64,000 bases of DNA, taken from an uncultured Bdellovibrionales bacterium. Its GTDB lineage: Bacteria > Patescibacteriota > Minisyncoccia > Moranbacterales > GWC2-37-73. The stretch covers positions 7,427-71,426 of the forward strand of contig CAZAFB010000005.1 of NCBI GenBank assembly GCA_964484505.1, in the 5' to 3' direction. Below are positions 9,953 through 20,129 of the stretch, in pieces (within the stretch, counting starts at the first letter, position 1; each line of letters opens with the position of its first letter). The notes below the pieces were generated by a model. It was not told the DNA's origin, ran no database searches, and worked only from the letters and a program-made list of their open reading frames with translations. Both the position numbers and the translations under genes were made by a program.

Positions 9953-10333
9953 TTATAGCCCTGCTTCCTTTTTGAAGAAATCAATCACTTCAACGTCACC
10001 TACATAGCACTTGCCATTTGCAGCTACAAAAGGCACACCAAGATCTTCTTTTTTGATATCACATTCCTCAGCTCGTTGCTGCCACTCTGATGCGGCATCT
10101 TTGTCCCCGGAATTGATAACTTCTTTCTTTGTATAGGCAACTTTATTGGCAACATTATTTTCATCTAAGAATGTTTGGACTTTTTTACAGTGAGAGCATT
10201 GCTGACCATAATAATAAACAACATCATTATTTGTTGATATCTGATTTGATTGCGAAGCGACACCCCAAGCTATAAAACAGCCTGCGGCTATGGCAGTTAA
10301 AACCAGTACGATAATCATCGTTTTCTTGGACAT
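9953..10333 (-). CDS. Membrane-anchored thioredoxin-fold protein (glutaredoxin-like thiol-disulfide oxidoreductase)
   Basis: CSHC (CxxC) active site after N-terminal TM segment; GVPFV motif typical of glutaredoxin fold. Confidence 0.6.
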   Translation of the reverse strand: MSKKTMIIVLVLTAIAAGCFIAWGVASQSNQISTNNDVVYYYGQQCSHCKKVQTFLDENNVANKVAYTKKEVINSGDKDAASEWQQRAEECDIKKEDLGVPFVAANGKCYVGDVEVIDFFKKEAGL

Positions 10334-10357
10334 AAGGTATATTTACATGCTTAATGT

Positions 10358-11197
10358 TTATATTATAGCATATCTTTTTCGACAAAGATGGAAAAAGAAT
10401 ACGACAACAATAATCGCCACCAAAGAAAACAACTGCCCTTCCGTAAGTTTCATGCCGGCAAAAAATGCATAAGCTTTTTCCTCGCGGAAAAATTCCATCA
10501 TAAAACGAATTATCGCATATCCGAAAATATATATCAATAATAATTGTCCTGGAAATTTATTTTTATTGCGCAGCGACCAAAGAACCACAAACAAAACCAC
10601 TCCTTCAAAAAAAGCTTCGTACAATTGGGATGGATGGCGCAAAATGTTGCTTGTGTCCGCCGGAAAATACATTCCCCAGGGCATCTGAGTAACACGCCCG
10701 TATAATTCACCGTTGATAAAATTGCCTAAGCGCCCAAAAAAATATCCCAAGGGCACGGCCGGAATAATAAAATCCGCCCAAGCTAAAAAAGACTGCTTTT
10801 GTGATTTTAGATAAAAATAAGAAATTATGATAGCGCCAATAAGTCCGCCAAAATAGCTCATGCCATATATTCCGGTATAACTACCTTCCTTGTCAAAAGG
10901 AGATATGATCGCCAAGGGATTATGTAAATAATGCGCCGGCTCGTAAAAAAGGACATACCCTAATCGCCCTCCTATAATTATTCCGACAAAAATATAAACT
11001 AGGAGCTGAATCAACGTTTCATCTGAAAATCCAGATTCCTTTTTTTTGATCCTGTAAGTCAGCAATCCAAAAACTACGACAAAACCCGCAATATACATCA
11101 ATGCGTACCAGCGGACAGCAAAAGAGCCGATCGAAAAAACGACTGGATTTATATGGTATAGGAAGTGCTGATACAGAAAACTCACTAATTTGAGCAA
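10358..11197 (-). CDS. lgt: Prolipoprotein diacylglyceryl transferase
   Basis: Signature GRLGNFINGELYG; multi-TM; WYALMY N-terminal motif. Confidence 0.85.
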   Translation of the reverse strand: MLKLVSFLYQHFLYHINPVVFSIGSFAVRWYALMYIAGFVVVFGLLTYRIKKKESGFSDETLIQLLVYIFVGIIIGGRLGYVLFYEPAHYLHNPLAIISPFDKEGSYTGIYGMSYFGGLIGAIIISYFYLKSQKQSFLAWADFIIPAVPLGYFFGRLGNFINGELYGRVTQMPWGMYFPADTSNILRHPSQLYEAFFEGVVLFVVLWSLRNKNKFPGQLLLIYIFGYAIIRFMMEFFREEKAYAFFAGMKLTEGQLFSLVAIIVVVFFFHLCRKRYAII

Positions 11198-11258
11198 ATA
11201 TAAGCTAATTCGAACGAAGTTGCTCCCTATTCGCTATTATTAGCTCCTTATCCGTGAA

Positions 11259-12317
11259 TTATTGATTATATTCTTTAAGTTGTTGTTTGAACTCAACAGC
11301 ATATATTTCCCAAAGTGCCAAGAAAATTGTCATTATGATTGGTCCAATAATAAAACCTGGGAGGCCAAACAAGCTTATGCCACCCAAGGTGGCAAAAAAT
11401 ATCAATAAAGGATGCATTTGGGTATCCTTACCCACAAGCTTGGGACGCAAGAAATTGTCAATTAAAGAAATAACCAAACCTCCAAAAAGGAGCACTGTTA
11501 TTCCTTGCCAAATATTGCCAGTAAGCAGCAAGATCGCTCCTGCAGGAAACCACACGACGCTTGAACCAACCATCGGAATTAGCGAAAGTATAGCCATTAT
11601 TATGCCCCAGACAACAGCTGAAGGTATCCCTACTATCGCAAACAAGATTCCTCCTAATGATCCTTGCACAATTCCAACCACTAGAGTTCCCTTAACCGTA
11701 GCTGTAATCATGGACACGAATTTATCAATAAGCATCCTCTCATGGTTATTCTTGAGCGGACTGAGATACATGATGCGTTTTATTAAATCCTTTCCACCAA
11801 CCAACAGGTAGTACAAAGTAAAAAAGACAACAAAAGACAAGAAAATAAAATGAGCTATGCCCTGATAAGCCTTTTGAACAAGCAGAAGCAAAGCATTGGC
11901 TGTTGAGCTTACTATTTTGGATATCGTTTGGGCATCAATGTTTTTTTCTATTCCTAAATAACGACCCGCCGACACTATTTGGGAGGATTCTAATATGCCA
12001 TCGATATTTTTCATAAATGATTCCTCTCCGGACACTCTTTGGTAAAAATCCGCAGCCTCGTTAACTACCAACCCTAAAATTGTAACAAATACAGCCACAA
12101 AAAGGGATATTGCTAACAAAGAAGTGCACAACGCCGCCAGGTGACGCTTGCCGCCAGTCAGACGTTCAAAAAATCTCTGCGGCCTTTGAAAAATTATTGC
12201 CAGAATTGCCGCTATACAAAGCGCGAGCAGAAACGGCTGCAAAACAAAATAAGCGGCTATCGTAACACAAAACAACAAAATACCAAAAAAATAAACATTT
12301 AAATTATTGAGCTTCAT
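11259..12317 (-). CDS. AI-2E family (UPF0118/PerM-like) transporter
   Basis: Eight predicted TM segments with the topology and size typical of AI-2E/YhhT proteins. Confidence 0.55.
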   Translation of the reverse strand: MKLNNLNVYFFGILLFCVTIAAYFVLQPFLLALCIAAILAIIFQRPQRFFERLTGGKRHLAALCTSLLAISLFVAVFVTILGLVVNEAADFYQRVSGEESFMKNIDGILESSQIVSAGRYLGIEKNIDAQTISKIVSSTANALLLLVQKAYQGIAHFIFLSFVVFFTLYYLLVGGKDLIKRIMYLSPLKNNHERMLIDKFVSMITATVKGTLVVGIVQGSLGGILFAIVGIPSAVVWGIIMAILSLIPMVGSSVVWFPAGAILLLTGNIWQGITVLLFGGLVISLIDNFLRPKLVGKDTQMHPLLIFFATLGGISLFGLPGFIIGPIIMTIFLALWEIYAVEFKQQLKEYNQ

Positions 12318-12365
12318 ATAATATTTTTAAAAATTAGTCACGCCAGTTGATTTCTTGCGTTTTTT

Positions 12366-13403
12366 CTATCTTCTTTTGGCATCATTCACTACCCCATATA
12401 TTATGTCAGAAATATCTCTGATTGTGCTTGATAATTCACCGAAACTATCTCCCCTTGTCATCACGCAAAGTAAATAAGGGTTGCCCGGATAATAAATAAT
12501 TCCGCAATCATGCAATTGTTTTGTTTTTGCTCCCGAAATATCAATTTCTCTTTCCCCAAATTTGTGAGCGATTTTCATATCTGCTGGTATGCCTGCAACA
12601 AGACCGTCTTTATATTCCACATTGGAAAGTAATTCCAAGGCCTTTTCCGAGTTTGCCCTATTTAAATATGATGCGTTATAAAGTATCCTGAAAAAAGATG
12701 CGTACTGCTTAACAGACATGAAATCTTCAGGCTTGCGAATATCTGGCACACTCATACCTAAATCCAAATAAATCTTATCCAGACTTTCCTGATCCATATT
12801 GTCCAAAAGAATCCTCATGGCATCATTGTCAGAATACACTATCATGAACCACAAAAGCTTTTCTATCGTATATTCTTGACCCTCTTGTATACTATATTTT
12901 GGTTTTAAATTTTGTTTTAAATTTTTATTTATCTCATCCTTTCCGAAAATAAGCTTCTCTTCCAATAAATTCGGGTAAGTTTCCGATTTTTTCAAATATG
13001 CCATCAGGAGCGGTACTTTCAAGAGAGATGCCGGAGAAAAGTTTTCACCTTCATTGATGCCGAACCAGGGTCCATTATTAAGATCTCTGTAATAAACAGA
13101 AACCTCTTTAGCCCTTTTAATATCTATGATATTTTTTTGAATCTTGTTTTTCGCCTCTTCTTCAAAAGGAATATATTCATTATTCAAAATTTGACCTTCC
13201 ATTTCACACTCCAGGAGAGGATTTATGAAAGAAAAGCCATTCTGACGTAATTCTGTTTTAACTGAGGATGTCCCCCCGACTTCTTCTTTCTTATGATCTC
13301 CTGTTGAAAATAAGACGATGCACAACCCAAATCCCGCAAAAAATGACAGGATGTGCAAACGATACTTTATAAGAAAATCCAAAGATGTCCTGAAAAAAAC
13401 CAT
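12366..13403 (-). CDS. Class A beta-lactamase-like serine hydrolase / PBP-like protein (membrane-anchored)
   Basis: SPASLLK (SxxK), YSDN (SDN), HKFGE (K[TS]G-like); paralogous to 56293-57318. Confidence 0.6.
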   Translation of the reverse strand: MVFFRTSLDFLIKYRLHILSFFAGFGLCIVLFSTGDHKKEEVGGTSSVKTELRQNGFSFINPLLECEMEGQILNNEYIPFEEEAKNKIQKNIIDIKRAKEVSVYYRDLNNGPWFGINEGENFSPASLLKVPLLMAYLKKSETYPNLLEEKLIFGKDEINKNLKQNLKPKYSIQEGQEYTIEKLLWFMIVYSDNDAMRILLDNMDQESLDKIYLDLGMSVPDIRKPEDFMSVKQYASFFRILYNASYLNRANSEKALELLSNVEYKDGLVAGIPADMKIAHKFGEREIDISGAKTKQLHDCGIIYYPGNPYLLCVMTRGDSFGELSSTIRDISDIIYGVVNDAKRR

Positions 13404-13582
13404 ATATTTTCCAATTATATGTTCTTAATTATAGCATAGCGAAGGACGATTTGAAATATGTTATATTTTCATACTTAATCCTACGCCAATCTTGACCGCT
13501 ATTACAGACTGGCTTCTACGATAGTCCATCTTCCAATTTCTCAGAATACTTGCTAGAATTAATTTGTTAACATAGAACTAAC

Positions 13583-14323
13583 ATGATAAAGGGATCCATA
13601 TCCGTCGTTATTCCCTGTTTTAACGAGGAAACAACTATTTTTGGAAATCTTATCAAGATAAACAGATATCTGGAATCAACCTTCCAGAGTTTTGAGATTA
13701 TCGCCGTAAACGATGGTAGCAATGATGACACCATGGGAGAATTATTAAAAGTCAAAGAGCTGTTTCCACTCAAGGTAATTTCCCTGCAAAAAAATGAAGG
13801 CAAGGGTGGGGCTGTTAAAAAAGGTTTCCTAGAAAGCAAAAATGATATCGTAATGTTTTTGGATGCTGACCTTGCCATACCTATTGAAGAATTGGACAAA
13901 TTCGTTGCCACAACAAAAAATGGTTTTGACATCGCAATAGCTTCTCGATTTGTCCCTGGACTCAAGATAAAAAAACGGGTTGTCTGGTATCGTAAGTTTA
14001 TGGAACATATATTTCGCTTGATGCGGATGGCGATTATTAATAATTACGACATTCGCGATACCCAATGCGGCTTTAAAGTTTTTTCACGTCACGCAGCTAT
14101 GGCTATTTTCCCACAACTTACGATCAGTCGCTTCGCTTTTGACAGTGAAATAATATTCATAGCCCGCAAGATGGGCTTAAAAATAAAAGAATTGCCAATT
14201 ACCCTGCAAAATCCGAGGGAGAGTCATGTAAGACTTCTGCGAGATCCTCTAAATATGACCAAGGATTTGCTAAAAATAAGATTCAATCAATTAAAAGGAA
14301 AATATAACTTCAAGATAAACTGA
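13583..14323 (+). CDS. Glycosyltransferase family 2 (polyprenol-phosphate sugar transferase type)
   Basis: ISVVIPCFNEE, NDGSNDDT, LDADL (DxD) motifs. Confidence 0.85.
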   Translation: MIKGSISVVIPCFNEETTIFGNLIKINRYLESTFQSFEIIAVNDGSNDDTMGELLKVKELFPLKVISLQKNEGKGGAVKKGFLESKNDIVMFLDADLAIPIEELDKFVATTKNGFDIAIASRFVPGLKIKKRVVWYRKFMEHIFRLMRMAIINNYDIRDTQCGFKVFSRHAAMAIFPQLTISRFAFDSEIIFIARKMGLKIKELPITLQNPRESHVRLLRDPLNMTKDLLKIRFNQLKGKYNFKIN

Positions 14324-14324
14324 A

Positions 14325-15029
14325 ATGGAAACTTCCTTTGCCGATCGAAGAAAAATAATACTTTCCGCCGATGATTTCGGCATGAGCGCCAAAGCCAATG
14401 ACCGTATTTTGGAATTGGCAAGTTTGGGAAAAATAGACCGCGTGGCTGTTATGATTGGCATTGACAGAAATTTCACTCAAAATGAGGTAGCATCTCTAAT
14501 GCGCTCGGGCATAAAAATGGATATTCATTTGGACCTTCCTGGCTTTAACGACGATGGAAAACATACTGGCATACTTTCGCGTACCATAATTTTTGTTTAT
14601 TTACGTTTAACAGGCAAAATAGCAAAAGAAGAAATTAATTTATCATGGAAAAAACAAGTTGAGCTTTTTAAATCACGCTTTGGAAGATATCCCGATGGCA
14701 TCAACTCCCATGAACATGTGCACTTTTTTCCTTCCTACTTTAAAATTGCACGAGATTTACAGAATGAATTTAATATCCCCTTCATTCGCTTAGGCAAGAA
14801 AGATGTTTTACACTTTCGCGATTCCCGCCACTTAATCCTTCGCTTTATGCGCCACCTAATATCCAGAAATACTGACTTGCAAAATATTATATCTTCAGAT
14901 CATATGGTCAGCCTGGATTGGATAAGCGATATCGAAAAATTTGCCAATAATTTACCCGAAGGAACGACGGAAATTATTTGCCATCCGGAAAGGGATGATG
15001 AATACAAGGCTATATTGAAATGGTTCTAA
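14325..15029 (+). CDS. YdjC/ChbG/HpnK-family carbohydrate deacetylase
   Basis: N-terminal ILSADDFGMS motif and overall YdjC-like profile; start 2 nt after GT2 stop (operon). Confidence 0.7.
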   Translation: METSFADRRKIILSADDFGMSAKANDRILELASLGKIDRVAVMIGIDRNFTQNEVASLMRSGIKMDIHLDLPGFNDDGKHTGILSRTIIFVYLRLTGKIAKEEINLSWKKQVELFKSRFGRYPDGINSHEHVHFFPSYFKIARDLQNEFNIPFIRLGKKDVLHFRDSRHLILRFMRHLISRNTDLQNIISSDHMVSLDWISDIEKFANNLPEGTTEIICHPERDDEYKAILKWF

Positions 15030-15061
15030 ATACATTGCTCAATTTGAGCAAAAGCGACATA

Positions 15062-15679
15062 TCAATCCGTTTTTTTAAGGTATTTATCCCCCACTACTTT
15101 AGCAATTAGGATACCAAAGAGGGTGGCCGAAAAGAAAAAAAGCGCATGTCTTATTACTTCAACCTGAGTAACCAATGCCAAAAAGCTTCTGTGAAAATAA
15201 TAGCCTAAACTGATAAAAAACAATGCGTGCAGGATCGAGGCGGCGGCATTGATGAAAAAAAACTTACGCCATTTGATTTTTAACATGCCAGCCAATACTG
15301 GTCCGAAAAAACGTAGTCCCACAATGAAACGGATAAAGAAAATCGTCTTGCCGATATGCTCTTGCATCACATGTTCATAGTGTATCAATTTGTTCTTGCG
15401 TAACTTATTCTTCAGTCGCTCTATATACTTGCTACCGTGAAGACTCAATAAGAATAGAATGTTGTCGCCAATAATCACGCCAACAGCAGCGGTAATTACC
15501 GCCCAGTAAAACTTTATCAGACCGACTCCAGCGATATAGCCAACAATTAAAAGAGCGATTTCTTCGGGAATAGGAATAAGATATCCTACTAACATAGAAA
15601 AACCGACTATGCCTAAATAGGAAAAACTTTGAATTACTTGAATGACACCATCCGTGTATAAATAATGAGGATTAATCAT
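15062..15679 (-). CDS. DedA/VTT-domain membrane protein
   Basis: Multi-TM protein of 205 aa with the size and hydrophobicity profile typical of DedA. Confidence 0.65.
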   Translation of the reverse strand: MINPHYLYTDGVIQVIQSFSYLGIVGFSMLVGYLIPIPEEIALLIVGYIAGVGLIKFYWAVITAAVGVIIGDNILFLLSLHGSKYIERLKNKLRKNKLIHYEHVMQEHIGKTIFFIRFIVGLRFFGPVLAGMLKIKWRKFFFINAAASILHALFFISLGYYFHRSFLALVTQVEVIRHALFFFSATLFGILIAKVVGDKYLKKTD

Positions 15680-15729
15680 AAATAATCAACTTAAGAAAGT
15701 TTTACACAGACTATTATAACATATGCTAA

Positions 15730-17928
15730 CTATCTTTGCGTCGAAGCACCGGCAACTTGCTCGGCAAGTGGCATTGGCGAGGATTGCAACGCCTGTTCCC
15801 AGCGAATTGCCATGGGGTCCTTAAGGTCAGGAGCCAAATTGGAAAGAGGATTATCTTTGTTTACATAATAAAGGATGCTATGTCTTATTGTAGGGATATC
15901 TCTAACCTCTATTTTTGATGCTTCCGTTTTGGCTAGTTTTTTCTCATTTAGTTGCTTGCCTGTTTTTTTGTTGTAGTATGACTTCTCTGTCGCAATCGCA
16001 CCGGCAAGCAAGGAATTTTTAGTGTTAACTCTTTCATAATCAGCAAAATATTCGCGCTGTTTTCCATCCAGCGCACGCGCCATTAATTTGTTCCAAATAG
16101 GAGCAGCAACGAATACTCCGTCGCTGCCCGGTTTCATTATTCGGCTGTCGTTATTGCCTGTCCATACTCCAATAGCAATGGTCGGGGTGAATCCAACAGT
16201 CCATGCGTCTTTAAAATCCTGCGTGGTACCTGTCTTAGCGGCCACTGTTTTGTCTGGCAAAATCAAAGGGCTATTGGGACCGAAGATAGGCGTACGTGCA
16301 GCATTATCAGACAGGATCGAATCAATTTTACGAGCCACTTGGGAATCAATGACTTGCTGATTAACATTTTCATGTTTATATAATTCTTTTCCAGGTGAAT
16401 CCTTTATCGACAGGATCGGATCGGGAGGATTTCGTTTGCCATCATTGGCATAAACGGAAAAGGCACTTGTAAGTTCAAGTAATTTGACATCTCCTCCGCC
16501 AAGAGCCAGCGATAACCCATAGCGCTGCCGATCGTTAAGCGTTGTAATGCCTAGACGCCTGGCAAACTCCAACATGTTGTCGATACCTCCCAGATATAGC
16601 GTTTGTACTGCAGGGACATTAAGAGACATCGCCAGGGTTTGTCGCATAGAAAGCATACCATGAAATTTGCCATCGTAATTTTGAGGAATATATTCACGCC
16701 CCGATCCATCCGGCCCGAAATTGGTCGGCACATCAAACAAGATTGTTTCTGGTTGATATCCCCTTTCAAAAGCATTTCCATAAACAATGGGTTTGAAAGA
16801 TGAGCCTGGTTGACGAGGGCGAAGAGTTACATTTACCTGACCATCTATCGAAGAATCAAAATAGTTACGACTGCCAACCATTGCCAAAATCTCTCCGCTG
16901 CGCGGATCGATGGCGACCATGGCGGCATTCTCCCCATTAAATTTTTGCTGATTATAAGCAGCACCTTCTGCAATTATTTTTTCAGCATCTTTCTGAAGAG
17001 GGATATCCAAGGAGGTTTTTACGATCAATCCGCCACTTTCCACTGTCGCTACACCATATTGTTTTTCCAACTGCTCCTTCACATACATAACAAAATGTGG
17101 CGCAATTATCTTTTCTTTGAAAGGGACCACCTTCTCAAAAGTATTCTCTTCCTTGGCTTTCGCAATCTCATATTTATCAATGAGCTCAAGTTCCTCCAAG
17201 CGGGAAAGAATGTATTGCTGCCTGGCAGAAAGCTCCTTGCGATGATTGCCATAAGGAGAAAAATAGGTGGGAGCTTTTGGCAACGCGGCTAACAATGCAG
17301 CTTCATCCAAAGAAAGTTGGGATGCATCCTTTCCAAAAAAAGTTTGTGCTGCCGACTGAATGCCATAGCTATTTGAACCATAAGGTACTTCATTAAGATA
17401 ATAATCCAAAATTTGTTCTTTCGAATAGCGTTGCTCCACTTTGACAGCCAGCAGGGCTTCTTTTATTTTTCGTTCAAAAGTTCGATCGCGATTAAGAAAA
17501 ATATTGCGCACCAGCTGCTGAGTGATTGTTGAACCGCCCTGAACAACACCTCCATTTTGAATATTAGCCTTCGCCGCACGTACAATAGAAGACGGATCGA
17601 TTCCGAAGTGGTGGTAAAAGGAATCGTCTTCAGCAGCAATAGTCGCAATGCGTATGTTGTTAGGAATTTTTTCGTGAGAAATTATGGTCCTATTTTCTTC
17701 CCCATGTATTTCATAAAGCAATGTGTTGCCGGTACGATCATATATCTTGGTTGTTTCTGGACGAACGCTGCCGTGTTCAATATCACCATCACCCACATTT
17801 CGATACATCAAAAAAACAATCAAGGAAAAAACGATGCCGAGAACCAGAACAGCATCGAAAACACCAAGCACAATCTGCGCAAAAGCCTTTAAAAATGGGT
17901 GCTTTATGATTCTGTCCTTTTTTGACAT
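15730..17928 (-). CDS. Class A penicillin-binding protein (bifunctional transglycosylase/transpeptidase, PBP1A-type)
   Basis: GT51 motif AAEDDSFYHHFGID; transpeptidase SSFKP (SxxK), SLN, KTGT; N-terminal TM segment. Confidence 0.9.
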   Translation of the reverse strand: MSKKDRIIKHPFLKAFAQIVLGVFDAVLVLGIVFSLIVFLMYRNVGDGDIEHGSVRPETTKIYDRTGNTLLYEIHGEENRTIISHEKIPNNIRIATIAAEDDSFYHHFGIDPSSIVRAAKANIQNGGVVQGGSTITQQLVRNIFLNRDRTFERKIKEALLAVKVEQRYSKEQILDYYLNEVPYGSNSYGIQSAAQTFFGKDASQLSLDEAALLAALPKAPTYFSPYGNHRKELSARQQYILSRLEELELIDKYEIAKAKEENTFEKVVPFKEKIIAPHFVMYVKEQLEKQYGVATVESGGLIVKTSLDIPLQKDAEKIIAEGAAYNQQKFNGENAAMVAIDPRSGEILAMVGSRNYFDSSIDGQVNVTLRPRQPGSSFKPIVYGNAFERGYQPETILFDVPTNFGPDGSGREYIPQNYDGKFHGMLSMRQTLAMSLNVPAVQTLYLGGIDNMLEFARRLGITTLNDRQRYGLSLALGGGDVKLLELTSAFSVYANDGKRNPPDPILSIKDSPGKELYKHENVNQQVIDSQVARKIDSILSDNAARTPIFGPNSPLILPDKTVAAKTGTTQDFKDAWTVGFTPTIAIGVWTGNNDSRIMKPGSDGVFVAAPIWNKLMARALDGKQREYFADYERVNTKNSLLAGAIATEKSYYNKKTGKQLNEKKLAKTEASKIEVRDIPTIRHSILYYVNKDNPLSNLAPDLKDPMAIRWEQALQSSPMPLAEQVAGASTQR

Positions 17929-17971
17929 AAGCTTTTTTTATTTACACTTTATATTACAAAAGATCTTTTCT

Positions 17972-18006
17972 TTATAGTACAAAAAAATCCGCTTTACGAG
18001 AAGCGG
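17972..18006 (-). terminator. Rho-independent terminator downstream of ABC permease gene
   Basis: cccgcttctcgtaaagcgg hairpin followed by T-run on minus strand. Confidence 0.5.
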
Positions 18007-18040
18007 GAAATGTCAAACCACAAGAAAACTTAATTCAACG

Positions 18041-19324
18041 CTATTCGTAGCGCAAGGCGTCCAAAGCGTGGATTTGGGCGGCACGACGGGCCGGCAAAAG
18101 ACCGGTAACCATACCGAGAAAAATAATAAAAGCACCTATGGCGATCATGAATGTCGGCGGAATATACACAAAATGGATGGCTGATAAGCCCTGTTTGGCA
18201 GCAAAAATATTAAAGATAAAGTTTATCAAAACAGCAAAGCCATAACCAAGAGCAAAACCAACCAAGCCACCGGTAAAACTTATAATTGCCGCTTCAAACA
18301 CGAACATATAAAAAATATCCTTGCGTTTGGCTCCCAAAGCTTTCATGATTCCTACTTCGCGCGTTCGTTGAAGAAGTGAAACGCTAAGAGTATTGAGCAT
18401 GCCCATAGCGGAAATGGACATGATAATCGTACCCAAGACTACTAATACAATGCGGATAATCACGAAAAAACTGTTGATATCCGTGACCAGATCAACTACG
18501 CTTTCCGTAACCAATCCCATTTGTTCGATCTGGGAACGAATATTCCCGATATTACCAGCATCTATTCTTAATTTTGCTGATTGAGCCGCAGTTACTCCCA
18601 AATCTCGCTTGAGCAAGCCAAATGGCACATAAATAAAAGTATTCTGGTTATCACTTATAACACCCACAATGGTGCTAGTATCTTCCTTTTCTTCTCCTGA
18701 TTTCTCAACGTTTTCACTGATATCACGCGAGAGGGCCAGATTAAATTTGATTTCCTTGCCTAAGGCTTCTTCATTATTTGCAAAACCAAGAAGACCTGCC
18801 AAACGAGAGGAAATGATCACAGTATTTCCTTCGTCTTCATATTTACTCAACTCTCCCGCAGTAAGCGACATATTGGCCAAGGGGAAATAACCCCTATACG
18901 CACCATAGATAACCACGTCTGTTTGGGAATTTTCAAAATAGGCCTGCCCGCCTCCATTCATCAAAACTTCTATCTCCTTCACGCCTGAAATTTCGGAAAG
19001 TTTTTTGACCATATCATCATTCATCAACACAAAACTTTCCAGATTGGCATTACTGACATCGAGCACATCGATAGAGTTATTTTTAGTAACCTCATTTACA
19101 ATAACCCGCTGCACTCCGAAGCCTAAACAAATTAAAAAGGTAATAATGGCAATACCGATAGCTACACCACCGATAGTAAGCATGGAGCGCATCCTTCCTA
19201 CCTTTAAATTACGATATCCGATGAATATCGTCGTCGATAATTTCATGCGCGAAGCCTTGCCCCCATCGCAACTGGCTTCTGACAGAAATTTGTTTTTTAT
19301 CCAATTTAATAACGCCATATACAA
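18041..19324 (-). CDS. ABC transporter permease, FtsX/MacB family
   Basis: N-terminal TM, large extracytoplasmic domain, C-terminal FtsX-like four-TM bundle. Confidence 0.8.
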   Translation of the reverse strand: MYMALLNWIKNKFLSEASCDGGKASRMKLSTTIFIGYRNLKVGRMRSMLTIGGVAIGIAIITFLICLGFGVQRVIVNEVTKNNSIDVLDVSNANLESFVLMNDDMVKKLSEISGVKEIEVLMNGGGQAYFENSQTDVVIYGAYRGYFPLANMSLTAGELSKYEDEGNTVIISSRLAGLLGFANNEEALGKEIKFNLALSRDISENVEKSGEEKEDTSTIVGVISDNQNTFIYVPFGLLKRDLGVTAAQSAKLRIDAGNIGNIRSQIEQMGLVTESVVDLVTDINSFFVIIRIVLVVLGTIIMSISAMGMLNTLSVSLLQRTREVGIMKALGAKRKDIFYMFVFEAAIISFTGGLVGFALGYGFAVLINFIFNIFAAKQGLSAIHFVYIPPTFMIAIGAFIIFLGMVTGLLPARRAAQIHALDALRYE

Positions 19325-19406
19325 GTGAAATATAAAATTCCTACACTTAGTTCAAATATGCATCATTGTAATCGATAACCTTAAACATTTTTAATCTTTA
19401 GTGATT

Positions 19407-20129
19407 CTATTTATCGACAACTAGTCCATCCAGCATATGAATGACTTGATCAGCATATTGATACTGTTCAGGATTATGCGTAACCATCAAAATAGTAATA
19501 TTGAATTGCTTATTGAAATCTTTTAGCAATTCCATTAATTCCTGTCCGGCTTTCATATCCAGATTTCCAGTAGGCTCATCCGCAATCAAAAAACGCGGAT
19601 TAAGCAAGAGCGCCCTAGCCAAGGCAACGCGTTGCTGCTGGCCTCCGGAAAGGTCATATGGCCTATTGTGCATCCATTTGCCCATGCCCACCATCTCAAT
19701 CAATTGCGCTGCACGTTCCAGCGATTGCGCGAAGGTATCTCCTTTTATTAAGGATGGGATGGAAACATTTTCCAGAACAGAAAGTGATTTTATCCAGAAT
19801 GTCTGCTGGGGAATAAAGCCAACAAATTTGTTGCGAAAATCAGCTCGCCAATCCTTGGTTTTTTCCCAAATGCTGCATCCATCTATATATATCTTGCCCG
19901 TCGAAGGACCTTCCAGCCCATAAATAATATGAAGCAATGTTGATTTTCCACAACCGGAAGGTCCTGCCAAAATTGCAAAATCGCCCTCGTTTATGGAAGC
20001 GCTCACACCTTTGAGTACATTTACCGTGGTTGCACCCAAAATGAAATCTTTGGTTACATCTTCCACTCTGATGATTTCTTTTTTTGTTTTTTTTGTTTTT
20101 TCTATTTGCTCCATAATTTCGAGATCCAA
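19407..20129 (-). CDS. ABC transporter ATP-binding protein (MacB/LolD-like)
   Basis: Walker A GPSGCGKST; ABC signature LSGGQQQRVALARAL; Walker B LIADEPTGNLD. Confidence 0.9.
   Translation of the reverse strand: MDLEIMEQIEKTKKTKKEIIRVEDVTKDFILGATTVNVLKGVSASINEGDFAILAGPSGCGKSTLLHIIYGLEGPSTGKIYIDGCSIWEKTKDWRADFRNKFVGFIPQQTFWIKSLSVLENVSIPSLIKGDTFAQSLERAAQLIEMVGMGKWMHNRPYDLSGGQQQRVALARALLLNPRFLIADEPTGNLDMKAGQELMELLKDFNKQFNITILMVTHNPEQYQYADQVIHMLDGLVVDK

Noticed and set aside
11287-11811. 174-aa plus-strand ORF inside the AI-2E transporter gene, and similar antisense ORFs (453-758, 29147-29548, 36020-36748, 38906-39535, 41161-41643, 43039-43515)
   Set aside because: These are antisense to well-supported genes. 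They have low-complexity or Ser/Pro/Ile-biased composition typical of shadow ORFs and no start signals.
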